DNA of 64,000 bases. Origin: Selaginella moellendorffii. Its lineage: Eukaryota; Plantae; Lycopodiophyta. The translations under genes were made by a program, and so were the position numbers. Shown in pieces: positions 37,181-49,732 of this stretch. Numbering within the stretch: the stretch's first letter is position 1; every line of letters starts with the position of its first letter. The stretch spans positions 2,120,866 to 2,184,865 of the forward strand of contig NW_003314279.1 of assembly GCF_000143415.4 (NCBI RefSeq), written 5' to 3'. The notes beneath the pieces were generated by a model. That model searched no databases. It was not told where the DNA came from and saw nothing but the letters and a program-made list of their open reading frames with translations.

Positions 37181-39499
37181 ATGGGGGAAATATTGCGCTG
37201 TGGTTTTCGGTGCGCCTTGTCTTGCGATGATCGCCGCTCACATTGTGTCCTCTTCCAGGATGCCCGTCAAGGATTTGCCCGTCGCGCATTGCGAGGGCCA
37301 GCGAGATTTCAAGAATGCCAGCGCTGTGTTCCACAAGAAAATGGAGGTTGCGGGAGTGAGCTGCCGCGATCGCGTCGGTAAGCCCTAGCTCACACTGGCT
37401 TTTCTCATCAAAAGATTTCGCGCAGCCATTGCAGTTTCGGGAGGAGCTGATAGCATGGCCTTGTGCTTGCTCGCTCTCGAGTGGACAGAATCCAAAAGTC
37501 TAGTGTTTGGCCTCACGGTGGACCATGGATTTCGTCGCGAGAGCGCCGAGGAAGTCGTCCAAGTCCGGGAGTGGCTAAGAACGATTGGTACGCAAAACTT
37601 TGCATCTACTCCCTGGAATGTTTCTAAAATTTCTTTGCAAAACAAGGAATGGAGTGCGAGATTCTCAAGTGTTCTTGGCAAGGAGGATTTCCTTCTCCTG
37701 GCCATCTCCAGGAAAGCGCTCGCAAAGCAAGGTAAGCTATGAAAGTTCTGGCCAGAGTTGACGTGGTGGACTTTTGAGTCAGATACGAACTTCTCCAAGA
37801 GGCATGCCAAAGAAACGGTGCTGGAGTTCTTCTTACTGCTCACCATGCCGATGATCAGGTATTTTTCTTGTGTCTACAAATGCCAAACGCAAACTCGCTG
37901 TCTGTTTTCTAGGCGGAGTTATTTGCGCTAAGGCTTTCGCGCTGTAGTGGAGATAATGGTCTGGCTTGTATGGCTTTAGCTTCTGAGCTCTTTCCTATCG
38001 TGCCATCGATTATCGAGGCTAGCAGGCTGCTACTTGTCAGGCCACTCTTGGACCTCCAAAAGAAGGATCTTTACAATGTAAGTGTCTTCTTTTACTTGTA
38101 AGTGGTTTTACTGCCCGAATTCAGGTCTGTCACGTTGCTGGCCAGTCCTGGATTGAGGATCCCACAAACTGCAAAACGATCTATGCTCGTAACAAAATCC
38201 GAAAGGAGCTCGTTTCTCTGTCAGGTTCTAGAGGTCCTGTTCTTTATTGCGATACGGATGTAATGACCATCTTGCAGATTCAATGCGGAGCGAAGTTCAA
38301 GATCTTATTGCTACATACCGCAAAAAACGTTCCGAGATTCAAGTGCAAACCAAGATGCTCATGACTACATTCGTGCACATCGATCTGGTTTGTCTGCTCT
38401 TTCTCACGGTATTCCTGTGACGCTTTTGCCAGGGCTATGGCTATGCTGTCGTCGATGTGGAGGGACTTTTGGCAGAAACCAATGATACAACCGTTCTTGA
38501 AACGCTACTGGCTTCAGTGTTACGGGTTCGCTCGTTATTACACTCTGTTTTCCTGACAGACTTTCTTGTTGTTTTTATGCACTTAATAGTTCGTTTCACA
38601 AAGACCAAAACCTGCTAAAGGGACGGCTGTTCGAAGAGCCAGAGCCTGGATTACCAAGCGTGGTACCGAGGTATTTATCGTGGTCTGTATAATATCACTT
38701 CATAAATACTTTTTTTGCAGGGTCGTCTGACGGTAGCTGGTTGTTCTTTATGTTTACAACCAGGGACACAGGCCTCCAAGGTCCTTGTGACGTACTCCCC
38801 TGATTCTCCACGACCTGGTTCTATTGGCTCGAGACAACAGAACGAGCCTGCTTCCTCGACAAAGAAAGAAACTATCGCATGCCGGAAATATGCCAATGTT
38901 ATTCATGACGCGAGGCAAGCGAAGATTATATCAGATGCTACAGCAAGTTTTCTATGTCTACTGGCGGAGGAAATGGCAGCTGACATGTTGCCCAAGGCTC
39001 GAGAGGAAGTGCAAGAGGATCCGGAGGTAGCTAGTCAAGAACCCGACGAGAGTCTACTATTTCCGAACGAGAACACGTACTATATGAAGAGATATCTTAT
39101 ATCGTGGTGGCAACGAAGCGATGATCGTAGCTGCAAAGGCTGTTTCAATGGCACCTGTTCGCTGAGGACTGCAAAGTTTGCAAAAATTCGGGATTTCAAG
39201 AGAAACGATCTTCACGCAATCCGACAACGTGCTCTAAATGACGGGACATTGCGCACTGACATACACGGCGCCTGGAGGAAGCTCAAGTCCCTTCCGGAAT
39301 ACGTTCGAAGGGGCCTTCCCGTTTTGATCACGAAGGACAACGAGCTTTTCGCAGTTCCGGTACGAGCTAGTTCTTACAGTTCTTGCGATCTTAATCTCTA
39401 TGTTTTTAGTGTGTTGGCTTTCAGATCTGTCCCGACACTAGGATGTTCATAAAGTTCTGCCCGATGGTTCCACTTGATGGAGGCCACGCGTTGTGGTAA
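37181..39499 (+). CDS. RSY3: tRNA(Ile)-lysidine synthase TilS / RASPBERRY3-like, multi-exon
   Basis: IAVSGGADSMAL PP-loop, TVDHGFRRESAEE, LTAHHADDQ|AELF.LRL.R.SG..GL, LVRPLL, WIEDPTN...YARNKIR, VRRGLPVL. Start is 37181 (via a 49-bp intron) or 37227. Confidence 0.9.
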
Positions 39500-39675
39500 G
39501 CCTTTACGAAGCAGCGGTAATCAGGACATTGAAATGCTTTGAAAGGCTCACCAGCCGTTCATTTTTCCAGCCTTGTGGACGTCGTCAGAAAATGTCTCCA
39601 TTCAAATACATCACGTGCCTGGCATTGGTTTTCATTTGAAGCAGAACCAAGCTGCAAGATTCATCACCCGCAGCT

Positions 39676-42065
39676 ATGAGCAACACTGATCCGTATTATG
39701 GTGCACCCGGCAGTCCGTTGGATCTCATCCCGGAAGCTCCTTGGGCCTTGCCACGGAGAAGTGATGCTAGTGTTTGCCAGTTTGTCACTGGTAGCAGCGG
39801 TGCCAGTCCAACTCCGTCTCACTGCAGCTGCCGAATTTGCAAGCACTACAAGAGTCAAGTGCACTGCGTACCATGGTTTGCCTACAAGGTGCTCTCTCAT
39901 TTATTTTTCTTTTTCTTTTTCCTCTTTTAATTGATACTGATCTTACAAATTGCTAGTACCGGAAGCACCATGCTGCCTTAGATGAAGAAAACCTGTTTAT
40001 CAAGTCCCTTGACATGATTAAATATGAGCACTCATGGTACAAACTTCAAGTAACAGGCCAGTCACCGATATGTCGTTCCAAGGTGTGATTTTTCTATCTT
40101 GTGCTGTTGCTTAGTTTTTCTGGCGTATTTTCTGTAGCATGCGGCAATCATGGTGGGTCGAAGAATGTTCGTTGTGGGTGGCATTTTCTCGAGGGGCTTG
40201 TTAAACGACGTCCAGGTACCAATCAAGTGTTTCTATTGCTCAAATTAATCCTCTACTTACCAGGAACTAAATACGGTTACGGGTGAATGGAGGGAATGGA
40301 GTTTATGGGTTCCGGAACTGGGCTATCCTGGCCCTCATTGTGCCGGCCATAGCTTGGTAGTGTCAGTCTCGAACTATACCTTTTGTTTTTAAGAGCATTT
40401 TTGCAGGTGTTCTGGGAGAAGAAGCTGCTTGTTCTTGGAGGCCATGTAGAACCGATGAAGAAGATCTTGGAAGGTTTGCTAGCAGTAGTCCTATAAACAT
40501 TTTAACCAACCGCTCAAACCTGCAGTCATTGCTTTTGAACTGGAAACACGTAAATGGACAAAGCTTGACGTGGATGGAGAAATACCGGTATGTGCTCCTT
40601 AACATTGTCCAGAATGAAACTGGTTTATTACCTTGCAGATGGCTCGCATCGGCCACAGCATCGTTCATGTTGGTTCCATGCTGATTATGTTTGGTGGCGA
40701 GGATGCCAGAGGCCAGCTGAGAAATGATATTCAAATCTTGGATCTCAAAACGTTTTCATGGCTTCCTTGCAGCACCATGTACAGCTTTCCATTGTCTCTT
40801 CTTACCACTCACTGACTCTTGTGGTTCCTTGATGCAGTGGCTCAAAGCCTTGTCCAAGGAAATGTCATACTGCTGCATGCTACGCCGGGCGTTACCTGTG
40901 GATTTTTGGTGGAAAATCAAGAACTTCTTATCTTAGCGATGTGCATTGCCTAGATCTACGTGCGGTAAGTCCGTTGTCCTGTTTCTTCATGCTCTGATCT
41001 TCAAAATCTATAGATGGAATGGGTTGCAACGAAGCCAAGAGGCAACGTCGTTCCCCGTGCTGGCCATGCGAGTGTAATTGTTGGCCACAGGTGGTACATT
41101 GTAGGAGGAGAATACAGCGATAAAGGTAAATGCAGATTTTTCTTGGCAAATCACGTCTAGACTTTGGGCTTTGCAGAAATTATTGGAACTCTCGTGTTCG
41201 ATTTGCCGACCCAAACGTGGGCTGTTATTACGACTGTTTCACCAAACTCGCCCTTGGCAAACGATGTACGATATATTTTCTAGTTATGCAAGCTTGACTC
41301 TGGATTGTCAGGGAATTAGCATTGTGAGCGCTCAGCATCGTGGACGGAACTTTCTAATAACTTATGGTGGACACGGCTTTCGGCACAGCAATCTGGTAAC
41401 TTCCCAAGTCTTGAAACTTTCTCCCGGTGTTTACTTAATTCAATTAAATCAACAGGTGTACGTGATGATGCTGCCACAATACTTCCAGCTCCAAACAGGT
41501 TTTAAGATTGAAAAGGCATCTCGACTACGCACCTTTTGGAGCCGCTTGATCAGCGGTAAAGCCCCGCGAAGAAAGATTCGCCACCCAGAAAGGAACTCGT
41601 CCCGTCCAGCTTCAGCTGTCGTAAGTTTTCCTTTTCTCTCTTTCTTTTCGCACTTCAATAACTTCTCTGCTATTACAGGAAACTGTCACTAACGTTGTTC
41701 AGCCTCCACGAACGGAGGAAGCCATGCAACGACCACAGCAACAGCGTCCTTTTCTTCCAAGTGACCTCAAAGTTGTGGAGTTCGTCAACAAGCCAGTGCC
41801 GACATCAGCAAGGCATTCCTGCGCGTCGGAGATCGAGGTCAACAACCAAGAAATGATAGAATCGCTGATGAAGGACAAACAAAAGATTGAGAACAAGCTG
41901 GAGGCTGCTCTGGAGCAGATTAGCAAACTGACGCAGGATTTCGTCGCTCTCCAGAACAAGAACCTCGGAGATGGAGCATCAGATCACACTGCAAAGGAGG
42001 ACCAGCAGCAGCAGCGAGACGACATACCAGAGCCGGAAGAGAAGCAGATAGTCGTCACCATATAA
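39676..42065 (+). CDS. Kelch-repeat protein with C-terminal coiled coil (ACBP4/5-like kelch region, no ACB domain seen), multi-exon
   Basis: HAAIMVGRRMFVVGG, ARIGHSIVHVGSMLIMFGGED, PCPRKCHTAACYAGRYLWIFGG, PRAGHASVIVGHRWYIVGG. Start approximate. Confidence 0.85.
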
Positions 42066-42096
42066 GCTTTCGACCAACTGGTACGTTTTTCTAAGA

Positions 42097-42832
42097 TCAA
42101 GTTACTGTTATCCGTGCGTACATTTCAGCAAGGCACTCACTCGGGAGCGCCAGAAACGCATCGAGGAACCCATCGCTAACTTTGTCGATGACTGCAGTGC
42201 CTACGAGCTTGCAGCTCCCGTTCTCATCCATGGCGATTCCCTGGCCGCTCCTGTGCTTCCCACTGGAACTTCCCGTCGTGAGGAGCGTATCCACGACAAG
42301 AGCTGGAGCTCTATACACTGGACCTGCGGTGAAGAAAAACTCCGCGATGAATCTAAGCTCCACCTACAAGGGAGGGTAACCAGCAAGTTCATTAGATAAA
42401 GAAGAGAGGAGGCTGCTCTCTTTTTTTCTTTACCTTTCCTGTGTGTCGATCAATCACTCCTTCCAGAGCTTGCGGCTTGATCTCTATACGTAACGGAGGT
42501 GGAAGTGGAAGTCCCAGCAACTTGGTGGTGGAGAAACTCAGAGCTGGAATGGAAACGGAGCTTGGGTCGAACCGCACAGCCAATCTTCCCTGCTCCAAAT
42601 CTTCCACCGAGCACGCGCTACCTCCTCCACCATCGGCGTTGTAAGCGAAATCTGGATACCAGGCAATCCCAAGCTTGCATCCACTGAGAGTTTCCAGCTT
42701 CACGGATTTGGCTGCGTTGCTCGCCGGGGATAGCCGCGCAGGAGAAGAAACACTGGCACCATCCGAGAGGCTCGACCGAGCTCGCAACGCCCGAAAGGAT
42801 GCTGTGCTCGCGGACAGGCATAGCGTGGTCAT
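42097..42832 (-). CDS. Uncharacterised, probably plastid-targeted protein, 2 exons
   Basis: Ser/Ala/Arg-rich transit-like start MTTLCLSASTASFRALR, then TLSGCKLGIAWYPDFAYNADGG, LLGLPLPPPLRIEI. Second exon VELRFIAEFFF...FLALPSECLAEM. Confidence 0.8.
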
Positions 42833-43078
42833 CGACCACAAAAATTGAAGAGACAAAAAAAAGTGTATAAAGGAAAAATATTTCATGAACTTCGGTGATA
42901 TGGTTTCTCTAGCTTGAGATATGAAACACACGCGAGGCTTGCAAATCTTGGAAAGAATGAAGTGCTCGCCAACCACGTGAAGTCCACAAAAAAAATTTAA
43001 GTTACCTCCAGCAAAAATTCGACAATGGTACACACTGACAAGAACTTTACATTCTCCCCCGCGGCCCAAATAAGATTT

Positions 43079-44997
43079 CTATCGTCGACTTCTCGACGTT
43101 CGTGACTTTGGTTTCGCTGTTGTTGACTGCAGCACGATAAGTGGTAAGCGAAGAGGTAGAAAAGCAAGCGTCAAACAGAGTTAACTCACCGACGGTGCCA
43201 CACCAGATCCGAACAAGCCTGTGGTGCCTGGAACACCTACAAAGAAAGTGTTTTAGAATCACAGGAAGGAAAGCAAAACGATCGCACAGACCAAATATAG
43301 AGGGCGTTGTTCCAATCGACGGAGCCGAAGGAGGGAAAAGAGATGGTATTTGTAGAGTTAGTCCCGAGACCGAAGACGTCGAGTTAAAGCCTTGTGTGGA
43401 TGCGCTTCCCAGAATCGACGGGAATGGTGAAGACGACGACGCAGGAGTGAATCCTCCAGGGGTAGGAGTGAAGGCAGCCGATGATCCCGCTGCTGGCAAT
43501 GGAGGCGCCGAGGGTGCGTAAGCAGCAAGCTCCGAAGGCTTAAGAGCGCTTGGATGCACTCTCTTTGCCGCTGCTTCTCGCTTTGCGTTCTCTCGCATGT
43601 CAGCCTCGAGGAACGGATCGTTGTCATCACCCCTCCGCCGCTGGTTGGCGAGGAAAGTCAGCCGTATCGTTTCCAAAAACTCGTGTAGTGATTCCACCTG
43701 GAAACCGCAGCTTAACCCGGAGAGAATAACAAAGAAACGAGTACCTCGGCTGCAACATAGATGAAGAAGTCGTGCAAGTTGCTCATCACCGCGGGCAGCG
43801 ACTGGAGAAGCGAAACGTCCGACACCGCTCTATCATCCTTGTCGTTGCGCAAGAGAAGCCTCTCGAGCTCTTCAACCCACTGCCTGTACTCGCCGAGCCG
43901 CCCCTCAAACTTTGCCACAGCCTGCTGCAAAAAAGGCGAAGGCTTCACGGGGACACCGATGTAGAAGTCCGAGACGTAGACGGCACCGGGAGCCTGCGCT
44001 GCGAACGAGGTCGGGGGCGTGGCTCCAGTTCCTCCGCCAGGAGCTCCTCCGGATGGACGCGGGAAACGCAGGCACAGCATCATGAAGGAGCGCACGGCTA
44101 CCTCTGTGTTGCGGAGCATGTCCTTGACAGACTTCATGAGCTCCTGGAGCGAGCTTTGCTCTCGTTCGATTCCGATGGCAACACCCGAGAGCTCCTGAAT
44201 TCACACCACGATGTTAGGATTGGCAAACGAGCAAAACCATATAGACAGGAAAGATAGACAAAGATCTACTAAGTTGATAGAACTAAACCCAAAGAAACAA
44301 AGAAGAGCTAAATACACAAACTCTAGCAATGGTATGGTCACAACTACTAAAGATTGCGAGAGAACGAACGATAGAAAAACCATATAGACAGGAACTATAG
44401 ACAGCTATACTGACTAAGCTGATAGAACTAAACCCAACGAAACAAAGAAAAAGAAAGAACTGGCATACCTGGGAGATGCGTGTAGCATCGAGCTCGAAGC
44501 CTTTGTTTAGCGCAGCGGTGTCGTACAATCTCTCGCATTGATCCAGCCTCCAGCTCTCATCCCGGTACTCCAAGATCTTCTCCCTGGAAATGGCGGAAGA
44601 TCATGAAAAATAACTTCGAAGTAGCTCACACTTACTCGATCTTGAGGAGCGCGCGCTGCGAGTCGGGATGGATGTCCGCCCATCTGGTACTGTAAGTCAC
44701 TGGCGTGCGATCGTTCGTGACGAGGCCGAGCTGCCCGGATTGCGGAAGAACCTGCTGCTGCTGCTGCTGCTGTGGCTGCGTCTGTTGCGGCTGGAAGAGC
44801 GACGATGTCCCAAACGGCGACGATGACACAGAGAATGGCGAGGACGCGGGCGGCGTCGACGCAAATGGCGATGGAGCACTGGCAAATGGCGACGAGGACG
44901 CAGCAGGAGGAGCGAATGGCGATGGCGTGCTGCTAGCTGCGAATGGGGACGGGGAGGATGGCTGGAAACTAAACAGTGGGGACGAACCAGCAGCCAT
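43079..44997 (-). CDS. NUP58: Nucleoporin NUP58 (p58/p45), multi-exon
   Basis: SPF-repeat N-terminus, polyQ, YSTRWADIHPDSQRALLKIE|..ILEYRDESWRLDQC, VKDMLRNTEVAVRSFMML, LANQRRRGDDNDPFLEAD, ends KPKSRTSRSRR*. Confidence 0.9.
44233..44458. repeat. Diverged direct repeat (about 75 bp, spacing about 145 bp) in a Nup58 intron
   Basis: aaaaccatatagacaggaa...ctaag(t/c)tgatagaactaaacccaa..aaacaaagaa occurs twice. Confidence 0.8.
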
Positions 44998-45079
44998 AGC
45001 CCCCTCCAAGAACCCTAAAACCTAGCGCCAAAAGGATTGTTTGCAAGGGACTGGACGATCGATGTATAGTTTGAATGGA

Positions 45080-47243
45080 TCACGCCAAGCGCAGGGTCAC
45101 AGCGCGCTTGTGGGCGTCCAGGCCTTCGACCTCGGCCATCATCGCCACGGACGGGCCGATCAAACCAAGCCCTTCGCGGCTCAGCGATTGCACGGTCATG
45201 TACTTGACGAACGAGTCCAGCGACACGCCGCCGTACATCCTAGCGTAGCCGTACGTCGGGAGGACGTGGTTTGTTCCACTCGCGTAGTCGCCAACGCTCT
45301 CGGGCGTCCACCTTCCCAAGAACACAGACCCTGCGAAGAAGAAGAAAGAGAAAAACTTCCACTCAATCGCGAAGAATGTGCTACGCAAACCTGCGTTTTT
45401 TATGTGATCCAGCCAAGCCTCAGCGTCCTCGGCGTTGACAATGAGATGCTCCGGCGCGTAGACATTGGAGAACTTGCAAGCCTGGAGAATGGATGCAAAC
45501 TCTTATCTAGTTTTCTACGATCGCGTAAAGGACTGACTGACTGACCTCTGCCATGCCTGGAGCAACGACGATGAAGCTGTGACCCAGCGCGACCGACGCG
45601 ATATCTCCCCGGGGAAGCTCCTGGCACTGCTTGTAAACTTGCTGTTCGATGGCCTCTAAGTCGACGCTGCCGACAGCCACGAGAACCACTTGGCTGTCCG
45701 GGCCGTGCTCCGCCTGTAAGTACACAAAGCGTTTCTAAGCAAAAAACAAAGCTAAAGCTTGACGAACCTGGGATAAGAGATCCGCGGCTACATGGATCGC
45801 ATTCGCGTTTCTATCCGCGATGACAAGGACTTCCGAGGGCCCAGCAGGCATATCTATGGAGATCATAGACTCGCTATTCTGTAGGATAGAAAAGCTTGAA
45901 AAAACGGTAAACTAAGAAGGAAAATATGCAACTTCGTACCTGTAGCAACATCTTCGCAGCAGTTACATACTGATTTCCAGGGCCTAGGATCTTGTCGACC
46001 TGTGGCAATATGGAGATGGAACGTCAATCACGGAAGCTTCAACAACAAATTCTTACTTTTGGACAGGAATTAGTGCCCCATGCCATGGCAGCTACAGCCT
46101 AAACAATTCCAAAGATGAGAACACGTAACAAAAGAGCATGAAGAGTGGAGTACCTGTGCTCCTCCAGCTTTTAGGATGTGAGTAGCTCCAGCTTTCTTAG
46201 CACAATATAAAACTTCCTGCTTGCTCCACTAAGCTTGACAACTTTTCGAGGAAAACAAAACACGTACCGGACATATTGAACCGTCCGACCGTGGTGGAGT
46301 CGCAAGAACAATCGTCTCACATCCGGCAATACCTGCGGGCTATTAATCTTGCAGCTTTAAGAAGAAAGATCAGTGAAAGACATGACGTACCACTGCTAGC
46401 ATGAGCGCTGTTGATGGAAGAACAGCCGTTCCACCAGGGACGTAAAGCCCGACGGCGTCGATACTCCTCGCAACTCGCCGGCATTTAACTCCCTGGGTGG
46501 CAAAACAGCCGAGGAGTTAGTATTTATCACACAAGCTCCAAGTTACCAGACTCGGATAGAGCACTGACGGGCATGGTTTCTACTTCAAGCTGTTGAGTCT
46601 TTCGCTGTGCAAGATGGAATTTGTAGATGTTGTCAAAGGCCACATCAAATGCAGCTTGGACATCTGGATCGAGCTGCCAAAACGTGAATGAGATCATACT
46701 TTCTTTGCGGCTTTGCAGAAAGATAGATCGAAAAGTTTTACCTTTGGATCTGGAAGGTCGGACACCCTTTCGACAATGTTGTCAAGCTCCACTCCATCGA
46801 ATTTCTTGGTGTACCTGGAAAGCTCGCCAGCGAGAAGATATTAAAGGCACGAGCAAAGCGAAGAGAGGAAAAAAGAATGCTTACTTGATCACCGCTTCAT
46901 CGCCAGAAAACCTCACATCTTCGACAATTGGTTCCACCTGTGACGGAAAAACTTAGAACGTCCCTCAAGCGCGATTTCTTCCTCACTGTTTTTAAAATGG
47001 AGGAGAAATCAATCCTGGGACGCGCTGCCAGGCCTTTCATATCGCTGTCGCTCAGCTCGGATAGCTTGTAAGTGCGCAATCGGAGCTGCTGGTTCTCCAC
47101 AGCTGAGAATCTCAGGCTCAAATTCCAGGAATGTAGAAAGAGATTCACTCACCCGTGCCGATCTTCGCCATTGCTACTGGCGCTCTCCTCGCGCACCTCG
47201 CATTCTCGATCAGCGTCATGGACGGATGAGCAGCAGCCTTCAT
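45080..47243 (-). CDS. HISN8: Histidinol dehydrogenase (plastid-targeted), multi-exon
   Basis: [106 protein letters not shown]. Confidence 0.96.
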
Positions 47244-47790
47244 CGCCCTAGATCGCTGTTATTTTAGTTACTTAGATAGGATTTTAAACCTAGTCTTAAG
47301 AAAAACCCTAAAGAAGGTTCAAGCTTTCAAACCGAGGATAAGGTTGGATGTGAGAAGGTGTTCAAGCAGTGTTTTACAAATTTTAATCAATATGTGCCCT
47401 GTTTCAATCAATGCACCTTTCCAGTCAAAACAATAATAGTATAATTTAGCCTTTTTTCATTTATTCTTTGCTAAAATTTTTTTTTTTAGTTAAAAAAAAT
47501 TGTTTTTATAGTAAAAAGAGTTGCTTCGTTAATTGTAATTTTTTCCCCCAAATATTTTCCTTGCTTTAAAGATATACCATAAATGTATCATTGAAATTTT
47601 GTTCTATAATGAATAAAATTATTTAGTTTAACTTTAAAAGTTGCAACTTTCTATTGTATCATTTTTTAAGTCATTGTCAACTATATATAACAAACTTCTT
47701 CATAAGAAATATCTTATAATATATCTAATCATCTTTTATTGTAAAGTCAATTTTGTAATTTTGATGAAATTGAATAATAAAATTTATATT

Positions 47791-47965
47791 TGTGAGGGCC
47801 AAATGTACGGCTACGATGCCGTATACTAATATTAGCGTAGTGGGATTTTGGTAGCCGTCGGATTGGTTTTAATCCGGACCACTCGCTCCTGTATATAAAC
47901 TAGGGTTTTTGGGCTAATTTATATACACATTTCTGTATTCCCTTTCTATATTCCATGCACTCACA
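47791..47965 (+). repeat. 5' LTR
   Basis: tgtgagggcc...tgcactcaca, matches 54225-54399. Contains tatataa. Confidence 0.95.
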
Positions 47966-47966
47966 T

Positions 47967-47977
47967 TGGTGGAGGTG
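47967..47977 (+). other. Primer-binding site TGGTGGAGGTG, complementary to a tRNA-Ala-type 3' end (CACCUCCACCA)
   Basis: Begins with TGG 1 nt after the LTR. Eukaryotic tRNA-Ala ends in CUCCA+CCA. Confidence 0.65.
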
Positions 47978-48180
47978 AATGGCACTTTTGATTGTCCTTG
48001 GGGAGTGCTTGGATTTGGGATTTCAGTTTAGATCTAGCTTTTTCCATTTCCTTTCTTTTGTTCTTTCCTTTCAGGATTTTAGTTTAAATCTAGCTTTTTG
48101 CATTGTCTAGATCTACCATTTCCTTCTAGCTTTTTGTCGTTTCTCTTCTTTTGCTCTTTCTTTTTCATTCGTCTCCATAG

Positions 48181-49550
48181 TGTAAGTGACTAATTTTTCC
48201 ATTCTACTTTAGTCACTTAACCACGCCTCCGACCACTTGGAGGAGTCTCTTTCACAACCTCCATAAGTCCTATTTCGGACTTGGGCTTGCTAGCCCCGAG
48301 AATGGCATTCCCGCCACTCAACCTTTGCACCTAGTCCAAGTGCTTCGCATGTCCGATCCCATGACCGACACCCCAAAGTACCATTGACATATCAGCCTGT
48401 TACGCTAAGGCTATGCCCCTTCACCTTGGTCACACCGGTGGTCTAACACCAATTGCATCATAGTCCCACCTCTCAAGGACAAGGCATGAGTGATCATTCC
48501 AGATCCCCTCCTTAGCGTCCTTAAGATGCCCACAGACATGGGGATTCGCCTTCCCCAATATCCCTTTTCTGGTCCCCATCAAGTCCCTTTCTACCCATGG
48601 CCGTGTTCACCAACACTGCCACTGGATTGAGGCCCACAAGCCCGACCACTAAGTCCCACGGACCTCTGGGACTTCCTCACCACCCGACTATATCCTTAGT
48701 CACTACACTAGAGGACTACTTCTCTTCCTTTCCATAGTCTGGGCCTTTGGGACAACATTTCGGAACACCGTGGCCCTAGACAAGCCTCATAGGTACTCTC
48801 CCCGCCTTCCGCCTTTGGGTGCTCTAGCCATGGGCTTAGAGCGAGGTTCCGTTGAGCCACGCTAGGTATCCAAGTAGGTAGTGCCACCCACACTTGGATT
48901 GGGAGCATCAGCCAGTCGATCTCTCGGGGGAACTAGAGTTGGCTCTTGAACACTTCACCAAGCTACCCTATTTGTCGATCCGTATTCACTCTAGTCTTGG
49001 ACTTCCCAGTGGTCAGTTCATCACCCAACACTGGGGGCATGGCCTTCCTGGGCCAAACTGGCCTTTCCTAGCCAAACTGGCTCCAGTGGGGTCCAACCCC
49101 CACACTCTCCCTACTATACTTTTGGAAGCCCCAGCAGCCCCCCCCCCCCCCCCCGGGGGACGATTGCTTTGGGCTTTCACCCAACTGCCTATATTAGTAT
49201 TCAGACTCGGACTCGAACTTGAACTCGGACTCAGTCCCGGTTTTGGACTCGAACTCAGTCTCAGTCTCGGTCTCGGTTCCATCTCGGACTCCATCTCGGG
49301 TTCCACTCGGACTCCATCTCAGGTCCATCTCGGACTCCATCTCGGGTCCATCTCGGACTCCATCTCGGGTCCACCTCAGACTCCATCTTGGACTCTACTT
49401 CGGGTCTATCTCGGACTCCACTTCAGGTCCATCTCGGACTCCATCTCGGACCCCATCTCGGACTCCATCTCAGACTCTATCTCGGGTCCATCTCGGACTC
49501 TTCCATGTGTCATGTGTTGGTCCTTTTTGGGTCCCTTTTTGGAGCCTTGC
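48181..49550. mobile_element. Nested LTR-like insert related to the solo LTR at 1602-2716, opposite orientation, right boundary uncertain
   Basis: Starts tgtaagtgactaatttttcc versus the reverse complement of the 2716 end, tgtaagccacaaatttttcc. Shares the poly-C run (49138-49154), tattagtatt, and the ccatctcggact repeat array (49205-49500). Confidence 0.65.
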
Positions 49551-49732
49551 TTATTAATTGCCTCGAGCTCGCTCCTCGAGCACTTTGTTGGGAGTTCCAC
49601 TCCCGCTCTCGACCTTCCAAGTCGGAGCTTTTAGTCCAAACGTGTTACGCTCGTTTGGCTTTCGCTTTGGCCACTACTACGTGGCACCCTTTTCGGCTCC
49701 ACTTTGGGGCCTAGGGATTTTGTATCTCACAC

